A DNA stretch of 35,131 bases from a virus (taxonomy: Duplodnaviria > Caudoviricetes): positions 1 to 35,131 of IMG/VR virus record IMGVR_UViG_3300017766_004089, one strand, 5' to 3'. The notes below the pieces were generated by a model. That model had not been told where the DNA came from. It saw nothing but the letters and a program-made list of their open reading frames with translations, and made no database searches. Position numbers and translations under genes: made by a program. Shown here one piece after another: positions 26,897-32,603 of this stretch (position 1 is the stretch's first letter; each line of letters begins with the position of its first letter).

Positions 26897-27325
26897 ATGA
26901 GCTATGAGAATCCTTGGAGATTCAACGGAGAAATTTTTGAGTCTTCTGATATTCAAGATCATTTTGGTTTTGTATATCATATTCGTTGCGACAAAACTGA
27001 TCGTAGTTATATTGGTAGAAAATATTTCTGGTCTTTCCGCAAGCCGCCAGGCAAAAGCAGAAGAGTACGAACTGAATCAGATTGGAAACGTTACTATGGT
27101 TCTTGTCCAGAGCTCAAAGAAGATGTTAACCTTTGGGGCAAAGAGTCATTTAGTAGAATAATTATAAGTCTTCATAAGACAAAGGGTGAATGTAACTATG
27201 AGGAAACAAGACAACTTTTTCTAAATAATGTGTTGAAAGAATCACTTGACGATGGAAGGCCAGCGTACTACAATAGCAATATTCTAGGACGCTATATGCG
27301 AAAAGACTATGGAAACTTTGGTTGA
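26897..27325 (+). CDS. GIY-YIG family endonuclease (Seg-like, short)
   Basis: GFVYHI...SYIGRK, YYGS, NYEE, YYN. Confidence 0.75.
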   Translation: MSYENPWRFNGEIFESSDIQDHFGFVYHIRCDKTDRSYIGRKYFWSFRKPPGKSRRVRTESDWKRYYGSCPELKEDVNLWGKESFSRIIISLHKTKGECNYEETRQLFLNNVLKESLDDGRPAYYNSNILGRYMRKDYGNFG

Positions 27326-27500
27326 AACACTTCGTTCAAATCACGACTGGGCAATTGATAGGATTCATACTCTTTGTGATATAAATGAAGAGCATGAATA
27401 TCAGAATGCATACGCAATCCAACAAGAATTTAATGAATGGTTAGATCCAAATATTGAAGAACATGATATTTTTTCATTAGAATACATCGGAGAAGAATAA
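27309..27500 (+). CDS. small acidic hypothetical protein
   Basis: 63 aa, TAATG coupling to next gene. Confidence 0.55.
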   Translation: METLVETLRSNHDWAIDRIHTLCDINEEHEYQNAYAIQQEFNEWLDPNIEEHDIFSLEYIGEE

Positions 27501-28201
27501 TGAAAGTAGATCTACATAACTTTTTTCAATATTATGATCCAAAAAATCCAAAGCACGTTGCAGCAGTAGAACAACTTGAGGTTGATCTTGCAACTAAAAA
27601 TCCAGAGTTGATTGATGATACTTCAAACTGGGTTAGAATTTTTAGAACCAAATTTGATTCTGGTATTCCTGGAATTTTAAACGTTCCTTATTATCCACAA
27701 ACAGATAATTACAGAGATGCAAATAGAACCTGTAATTCATCTTCTTGTGCAATGTGTCTAGAATATTTTAAACCAGGCACTCTTCAAGGTGCAAAAGGTG
27801 ATGATGCTTATATTCAAAAAGTATTTGCTATTGGTGACACAACAGATCACTCTGTTCAGACAAAAGTTCTGGCAAATTATGGTATTAAGTCACACTTTAG
27901 TTACAATCTTTCTTTTGCTGATCTTGATCGTGAGATTGCCGCTGGAAGACCTGTAGTTATTGGCATTCTTCATCGGGGTTCTTTATCCGCACCTACTGGT
28001 GGACATATGGTTGTAGTGATCGGTAAGAAGGGTGAAGACTATGTTGTAAATGATCCTTATGGTTCTTTGAATGATGGTTATACGGGACCAGTTACAAACG
28101 GCAAAGGTGCTGTTTATAAAAAGACAGATCTTAATTATAGGTGGTTGGAAAAAGGAAAAGATAAGACTGGGTGGGGCCGTATTTTTGATGTAAAAAAGTA
28201 G
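27500..28201 (+). CDS. C39-like cysteine peptidase (0-frame product of frameshifted gene)
   Basis: VPYYPQTDN, RTCNSSSCAM (Cys), GRPVVIG, GGHMVVV (His), NDPY (Asp); SD GGAG. Confidence 0.8.
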   Translation: MKVDLHNFFQYYDPKNPKHVAAVEQLEVDLATKNPELIDDTSNWVRIFRTKFDSGIPGILNVPYYPQTDNYRDANRTCNSSSCAMCLEYFKPGTLQGAKGDDAYIQKVFAIGDTTDHSVQTKVLANYGIKSHFSYNLSFADLDREIAAGRPVVIGILHRGSLSAPTGGHMVVVIGKKGEDYVVNDPYGSLNDGYTGPVTNGKGAVYKKTDLNYRWLEKGKDKTGWGRIFDVKK

Positions 28202-28274
28202 AATCAACACCACTTAAAAATGACATCCCTCTTTGTGGTGTTCAGTTAATTAAAACTTTTGAGGGATGTCATTT
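28192..28274 (+). promoter_or_regulatory. -1 programmed ribosomal frameshift signal: A_AAA_AAG plus H-type pseudoknot
   Basis: Heptamer 28192-28198 in frame directly before TAG; S1 28206-28213/28235-28242; S2 28218-28231/28261-28274. Confidence 0.8.
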
Positions 28275-28689
28275 AAATGCATATCCAGATCCTTTAACAA
28301 AAGGACCTCCCATTACGATAGGGTGGGGAAGCACAAAAGATTTTGATGGAACTCCTTTCAAGTTAGGTAGAATCATTACTCAAAAGTATGCTGATACCTT
28401 ACTTGAGTTTGATTTAAAAAATAGGTTTCTTCCATCACTTTCAAAAATACCATATTGGGGAGAGATGAATGAAAATCAAAGAGGGGCTTTACTTTGCTTT
28501 GCTTACAATCTTGGTGCAGATTTCTATGGTAATCCTAACTTCACTACTATTACAAAAGTCTTAAAGAACAAAGAGTGGTCTAAAGTTCCTGATGCTTTAT
28601 ATCTTTATCGTAATCCAGGAACTAGAGTTGAGGTGGGATTAGCAAGAAGAAGAACTGCTGAAGGACAACTTTGGAATACTCACATATAA
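28198..28689 (+). CDS. GH24 (T4-lysozyme-like) muramidase domain, -1 frame, no own start codon
   Basis: VESTPLKNDIPLCGVQLIKTFEGCHLNAYPDPLTKGPPITIGWGST...QRGALLCFAYNLG...GLARRRTAE; the ORF track reports only the last 74 aa. Confidence 0.85.
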   Translation, partial: VESTPLKNDIPLCGVQLIKTFEGCHLNAYPDPLTKGPPITIGWGSTKDFDGTPFKLGRIITQKYADTLLEFDLKNRFLPSLSKIPYWGEMNENQRGALLCFAYNLGADFYGNPNFTTITKVLKNKEWSKVPDALYLYRNPGTRVEVGLARRRTAEGQLWNTHI

Positions 28690-29018
28690 GGTTGTGCTAT
28701 TCCTTCATTTAACATTCTTTCATTTACCGTGACTGGATCACCTACAAAATAAAGAGTTCCAAGTATTCTTCCATACTTATCTTCTTTTGTTGTTTCAATA
28801 ATCCACTCTCCTTCACGGGAGAGTTCTTTTTTTAGCCATTCTTTTGCAACAAGACCTTTATCTTTTTCTTCTGAGTTTAGAGTTCTTGTTTCTGCAGCAT
28901 TAATACCTTTAAGACGAACTCTTTGTTTGATAGTAATACCAAATCCCAAATCAATGTCTAGATCAACGGTGTCTCCATCAATCACTCTGTTGATCTTTTT
29001 GATTTTGTACTGATACAT
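28680..29018 (-). CDS. thermonuclease (SNase-like) protein
   Basis: RVIDGDTVD, RVRLKGINAAET, DKYGRILG, VNERMLNEGIA. Confidence 0.8.
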   Translation of the reverse strand: MYQYKIKKINRVIDGDTVDLDIDLGFGITIKQRVRLKGINAAETRTLNSEEKDKGLVAKEWLKKELSREGEWIIETTKEDKYGRILGTLYFVGDPVTVNERMLNEGIAQPYM

Positions 29019-29127
29019 CGTTCATCTCATCGTTTGCTATCTTAAGTATGTAGTAAATTATCCAAGCAGTAAATGCTAATCCACTACTAAGTAGGATAAA
29101 AACTCCCCAAGGAAAATCGTGAATCAT
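28978..29127 (-). CDS. small single-TM membrane protein (49 aa), not in ORF track
   Basis: MIHDFPWGVFILLSSGLAFTAWIIYYILKIANDEMNDVSVQNQKDQQSD; starts right after the upstream stop. Confidence 0.55.
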   Translation of the reverse strand: MIHDFPWGVFILLSSGLAFTAWIIYYILKIANDEMNDVSVQNQKDQQSD

Positions 29128-29322
29128 TTATAATCTACCTTCTTGTTTATGAATCCAAGTCTTCAGTTCATCCAAATATTTTCTTAACATTTCTGCTTTT
29201 GTGAGGTGCCACTCATCACCGCTTTTGAAGTATTCTTGCGTGTGATTGTCGATTGCTTTTAGAATCTGATGTATAGGAGCATTCCAAGGCTCACGCTTTG
29301 GAGTATTCCATTCTCTTGGCAT
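29128..29322 (-). CDS. small conserved hypothetical protein
   Basis: MPREWNTPKREPWNAPIHQILKAIDNH...; SD GAGG upstream. Confidence 0.65.
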   Translation of the reverse strand: MPREWNTPKREPWNAPIHQILKAIDNHTQEYFKSGDEWHLTKAEMLRKYLDELKTWIHKQEGRL

Positions 29323-29328
29323 AAAACC

Positions 29329-29442
29329 TCACTTTTTCTTTCCGCCGTTTTTTGCCTTCTTCGCAGTCGCATTACCTTGATTCTGTTTGGACTGCTTACC
29401 GCCAGCAGAACCTTTTTTACCCTTGTTTGGCGACTTAGACAT
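29329..29442 (-). CDS. very basic 37-aa peptide, not in ORF track
   Basis: MSKSPNKGKKGSAGGKQSKQNQGNATAKKAKNGGKKK; first gene after minus-strand late promoter. Confidence 0.6.
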   Translation of the reverse strand: MSKSPNKGKKGSAGGKQSKQNQGNATAKKAKNGGKKK

Positions 29443-29463
29443 TTTTAAAAATGCTTTATAGAT

Positions 29464-29471
29464 TATTTATA
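29464..29471 (-). promoter_or_regulatory. T4 late promoter, minus strand
   Basis: TATAAATA on the reverse strand. Confidence 0.65.
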
Positions 29472-29497
29472 TGTGCCGCTTTAAATTTTCATACTTC

Positions 29498-29526
29498 TTG
29501 ACAAATCCTAAATAAGAACTTATTAT
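29498..29526 (+). promoter_or_regulatory. sigma70 promoter with nested late promoter
   Basis: TTGACA-N17-TATTAT; TAAATA at 29509-29514 in the spacer. Confidence 0.6.
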
Positions 29527-29567
29527 GGAAAAATCCCTGTTATGAGTAGGGTACTTATTATGAGTCT

Positions 29568-29646
29568 TTGAGTTTGATTTAGAGCCGTGGGGACTGCCCT
29601 CTGAGAAGAGGGAAGTGCGCTTTCCTTATACGGATGTAGAGTTCAA
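29568..29646 (+). ncRNA. candidate structured 5'-leader RNA
   Basis: CCCTCT-GAGA-AGAGGG GNRA hairpin enclosed by CCGT/ACGG and TTGAGTTT/AGAGTTCAA. Confidence 0.4.
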
Positions 29647-29655
29647 TTAATTTTA

Positions 29656-30306
29656 ATGCTAAACTTCTTTACTGTAGCCCTGCCTCTTACGGCAATGGTT
29701 ACAACCAATACGGCATCACTGCCTTTCTCTAGTTATAAACTGCAAGGTCCCCCTCCACCAGTGGAGAAACCTTATTCTATTATTAAAGAGTTTGAACCTG
29801 AGAAGACAGCAATCCTAGAGGTTGCACCACCAAAGCCTAAAGAGAAAAGGCTAATTTGTAAGGGGTGTAATGAATATGAAAATGCTTCCCTGGCATACTT
29901 CCAGGATCGTGGTATCAAAGACAGAAACGCCCTTGCTACCATTATGGGTAATATTCGTCAGGAATCGACTTTTATTCCTAACATCTGCGAAGGTGGTAGC
30001 AGAACTCAGTATCATAACTGTTGGCGTGGTTATGGACTGATCCAGTGGACATCTGCCAATCGTTATTATGGATTGGGTGATTTCGCTAAAAAGTATGGTG
30101 GAAATCCATCTACATTACATACACAACTTCGGTATTTAACTAATGAAATCCAATGGAAACAAATTGAAGATAGGATGAAAATTCCAGGTAAATCTATCAA
30201 TAGTTACATGGACTATGCATATAGTTGGATTGGTTGGGGGCATCACGGTGCCCGTACTTCATATGCTTATGATTATGCCAATAGGTTAATTACAGTAGAG
30301 GTTTGA
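29656..30306 (+). CDS. phage tail-lysozyme-like cell-wall hydrolase with N-terminal hydrophobic/Pro-rich leader
   Basis: ALATIMGNIRQES, GYGLIQWT...R, TQLRYL, GARTSYA. Confidence 0.72.
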   Translation: MLNFFTVALPLTAMVTTNTASLPFSSYKLQGPPPPVEKPYSIIKEFEPEKTAILEVAPPKPKEKRLICKGCNEYENASLAYFQDRGIKDRNALATIMGNIRQESTFIPNICEGGSRTQYHNCWRGYGLIQWTSANRYYGLGDFAKKYGGNPSTLHTQLRYLTNEIQWKQIEDRMKIPGKSINSYMDYAYSWIGWGHHGARTSYAYDYANRLITVEV

Positions 30307-30311
30307 TATCT

Positions 30312-30336
30312 GGGGGGTTGACAAACCCCCTTTTTT
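30312..30336 (+). terminator. intrinsic terminator
   Basis: GGGGGTT-gaca-AACCCCC-TTTTTT. Confidence 0.8.
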
Positions 30337-30392
30337 AATGAAAAAAATGATATATATAATTAACCACTTTAATTATATCAAAGGAGTGTATT

Positions 30393-30590
30393 ATGTCTGA
30401 AATCGTTCAACAAATTACTGATGCAGTAACAGAATGGCAAACTGAGGATGCGAAGTTCGCTAAAGGAAATAGTGCAGCAGGAACCCGTGCCCGTAAGGCA
30501 CTACAGGAAATTACTAAACTTGCGAAAGCACGTAGAGCAGAAATTTCTGAAGAAAAGGCAACACGTAAAGCAGCAAAAGCAACTGTTTGA
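30393..30590 (+). CDS. Hc1/histone-H1-like small basic protein
   Basis: KFAKGNSAAGTRARKALQEITKLAKARRAEI motif; strong SD AAGGAG. Confidence 0.7.
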   Translation: MSEIVQQITDAVTEWQTEDAKFAKGNSAAGTRARKALQEITKLAKARRAEISEEKATRKAAKATV

Positions 30591-30625
30591 CAAAATAAAT
30601 AGAGGGGAGTACATACTCCCCCCTT

Positions 30626-30922
30626 ATGTCTATTCAAAATCTTCCAGATGATGAGAAAGATTTTGTTAATATTGCAGCTAGAGCGGGTCATCTAAAGGTT
30701 GATACTGAAATAGGTGAGATTAAACTTAATTCTTATAATGAAATTGAAGTTCAACCTGAGGGAACTATTTTTGGTGCAAGAGTTAAAGTTGAAGAGAATG
30801 GATCAATTACTCCTACTTTGACTTTTGATACTAAAAAACTTAGAGATCCAAAAAAACATATTGATCCTGAAAGTATTATTGATTCTGCACTAGAAGACTT
30901 TTTGGAGAATAACGATGTTTAA
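30626..30922 (+). CDS. hypothetical protein
   Basis: 98 aa acidic; preceded by TAAATA 30596-30601 and a GGGGAGTA/TACTCCCC hairpin. Confidence 0.55.
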   Translation: MSIQNLPDDEKDFVNIAARAGHLKVDTEIGEIKLNSYNEIEVQPEGTIFGARVKVEENGSITPTLTFDTKKLRDPKKHIDPESIIDSALEDFLENNDV

Positions 30923-31352
30923 AATCTTTGAAATTAAAGATGGAAAGACATCATTTTTTCCTAGTTTAAATCCTAAAAATATTAAAGGATTTTTTATAGT
31001 TTCAATCATTATGATATTTGCAGTACCATTATCTGGATGGTTGAAGATTGATGAGAAAGATATATGGAAATTTTATAATCTTTTAATTCAACAATTCGGT
31101 CTTAAACATCAGGTACCACCTATAGATCGACCAAAAGAAATAGAAGCAAGAATTGAACTAGAAGTTGATAATGCGATTAGGGTCGTAACTCCAGAATACG
31201 ATCGTATTATCTCAGAAGCAGATCAAAAATATAAACTAAGATATGTTGATGAGAAGAATGATGAGAGTGTGTGTTATACGGATGAATGTAAGGCACTCGC
31301 ACCTCCTATGAGAATCTGCTCCGTATGGCTTGACGACTGCCCTAAGGACTGA
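30915..31352 (+). CDS. hypothetical membrane-anchored protein with 4-Cys C-terminus
   Basis: FFIVSIIMIFAVPLSGWL TM; CYTDEC...ICS...DC; SD GGAG. Confidence 0.55.
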   Translation: MFKIFEIKDGKTSFFPSLNPKNIKGFFIVSIIMIFAVPLSGWLKIDEKDIWKFYNLLIQQFGLKHQVPPIDRPKEIEARIELEVDNAIRVVTPEYDRIISEADQKYKLRYVDEKNDESVCYTDECKALAPPMRICSVWLDDCPKD

Positions 31353-31358
31353 TACAAT
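31330..31358 (+). promoter_or_regulatory. sigma70 promoter for tRNA array
   Basis: TTGACG-N17-TACAAT. Confidence 0.7.
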
Positions 31359-31444
31359 ACTCTCATAGGCGGCGGGGGTCCAAACTCCGTGTAAGACCTG
31401 CCCCTCCCACGCCTCTCATAGAAGCGCAAACAGGGAGGTCTCTA

Positions 31445-31526
31445 GGGTAGGTGTCCGAGTGGTTAATGGAGGCGGACTGTAAATCCGCTGGCTCTGCCTA
31501 CGGGGGTTCAAATCCCTCCCTGCCCA
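31445..31526 (+). tRNA. tRNA-Tyr(GTA)
   Basis: GGGTAGG/CCTGCCC, GCGGA-CT-GTA-AA-TCCGC, variable arm. Confidence 0.93.
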
Positions 31527-31530
31527 CCTT

Positions 31531-31621
31531 GGAGGATTGGCTGAGTGGCTTAAGGCAGCGGTTTGCTAAACCGCCGAAGGGGTCAACCCTTCCGTTGGTT
31601 CAAATCCAACATCCTCCGCCA
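31531..31621 (+). tRNA. tRNA-Ser(GCT)
   Basis: GGAGGAT/ATCCTCC, GCGGT-TT-GCT-AA-ACCGC, long variable arm, encoded CCA. Confidence 0.93.
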
Positions 31622-31693
31622 GGGTTTGTAACTCAACGGTAGAGTAACGGGCTTTTAACCTGGAAGTTGTGGGTTCAAATCCCACTAAACCCA
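31622..31693 (+). tRNA. tRNA-Lys(TTT)
   Basis: GGGTTTG/TAAACCC, CGGG-CT-TTT-AA-CCTG, GGTTCAA. Confidence 0.85.
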
Positions 31694-31696
31694 TAT

Positions 31697-31770
31697 GGGA
31701 GATTAGCTCAGTTGGTTAGAGCACACGACTGATAATCGTGAGGTGCCTGGTTCGAGTCCAGGATTTCCCA
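31697..31770 (+). tRNA. tRNA-Ile(GAT)
   Basis: GGGAGAT/ATTTCCC, CACGA-CT-GAT-AA-TCGTG. Confidence 0.93.
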
Positions 31771-31771
31771 C

Positions 31772-31800
31772 TTGACAATCAAATCCTTAACTGGTATGAT
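31772..31800 (+). promoter_or_regulatory. sigma70 promoter internal to tRNA array
   Basis: TTGACA-N17-TATGAT. Confidence 0.7.
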
Positions 31801-31808
31801 TGTCTTAT

Positions 31809-31882
<74 letters not shown>

Positions 31883-31971
31883 CTTGGAGATTTATTCTCC
31901 ATATATAAAAGTGATAGAGGTTAAGTCCCTGTTATATCCTTATGAGATATATTACACTTAATCCATCTTAT

Positions 31972-32046
31972 TGGGGGGTCGCCAAGCGGTAAGGCAGCGG
32001 GTTTTGGTCCCGCCATTCGTAGGTTCGATTCCTACTCCCCCAGCCA
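31972..32046 (+). tRNA. tRNA-Gln(TTG)
   Basis: TGGGGGG/TCCCCCA, GCGGG-TT-TTG-GT-CCCGC, encoded CCA. Confidence 0.92.
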
Positions 32047-32055
32047 AAATTATAT

Positions 32056-32127
32056 TCCCCTGTGGCGCAGCGGTAGCGCAGTTGACTGTTAATCAATGGG
32101 TCACAAGTTCGAATCTTGTCGGGGGAG
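32056..32127 (+). tRNA. tRNA-Asn(GTT)
   Basis: TCCCCTG/CGGGGGA, TTGA-CT-GTT-AA-TCAA, GTTCGAA. Confidence 0.9.
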
Positions 32128-32128
32128 T

Positions 32129-32321
32129 TGAAAGGATTGGAAATGTCCGATTCTTTCAAATTGAAAATGCTGGACAAACTTTGGAGGCAACTCCCACCCC
32201 ATTTGGGTGCCTTCCTGAGAACAGGGAAAATAAGGTTTGGTGTTTTCTCTTATTCACTGCCCTCTAATGCAGTGAAAATTGCAGAAAGTGTCTTCTGCGG
32301 GTGTCGGGCACTCGATACCCA
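32129..32321 (+). ncRNA. large multi-hairpin structured RNA (possibly manA-motif-like)
   Basis: Eight adjacent hairpins with complementary loops between tRNA-Asn and tRNA-Thr. Confidence 0.6.
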
Positions 32322-32324
32322 TTT

Positions 32325-32396
32325 GCCCTTGTAGCTCAGTGGTAGAGCAACGGTTTTGTAAACCGTTGGTCGTCTGTTCGAATCAGATCGGGGGCT
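32325..32396 (+). tRNA. tRNA-Thr(TGT)
   Basis: GCCCTTG/CGGGGGC, ACGGT-TT-TGT-AA-ACCGT. Confidence 0.9.
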
Positions 32397-32424
32397 TGAC
32401 AAATTCTCATATTTGTCTTATATT
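32396..32424 (+). promoter_or_regulatory. sigma70 promoter before tRNA-Gly
   Basis: TTGACA-N17-TATATT. Confidence 0.55.
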
Positions 32425-32476
32425 CCTTTTGTGTGAAGGAAGTGCGGGAGAAAAGAATTCTTTTCTCCTAAAATAT

Positions 32477-32547
32477 GCGGGAATGGTGTAGCGGTAACAC
32501 GTCATCCTTCCAAGTTGAAATCACGGGTTCGATCCCCGTTTCCCGCT
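32477..32547 (+). tRNA. tRNA-Gly(TCC)
   Basis: GCGGGAA/TTCCCGC, TCATC-CT-TCC-AA-GTTGA (one T.T mismatch), GGTTCGA. Confidence 0.88.
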
Positions 32548-32565
32548 TGCTCCAATAACAGGAGC

Positions 32566-32573
32566 TATAAATA
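32566..32573 (+). promoter_or_regulatory. T4 late promoter
   Basis: TATAAATA 30 nt upstream of the porin start. Confidence 0.65.
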
Positions 32574-32603
32574 AACTTCGTAGTTGTAAAACTTAACAAA
32601 CTT

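Noticed and set aside
138-27161. Numerous short antisense or alternate-frame ORFs inside core genes
   Set aside because: They are fully nested in well-supported genes with no RBS or recognisable motifs, as expected from codon bias.
26897-27325. GIY-YIG gene as an active mobile homing element
   Set aside because: It has only a catalytic-size domain, no evident DNA-binding tail and no intron context. Mobility cannot be supported.
28465-28689. 74-aa ORF-track protein as a standalone gene or pseudogene
   Set aside because: It is only the C-terminal part of the lysozyme. The catalytic residues lie upstream in the same open frame.
30318-30360. TTGACA at 30318 paired with TATAAT at 30355 as a promoter
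   Set aside because: The spacing of 31 nt is incompatible with a sigma70 promoter.
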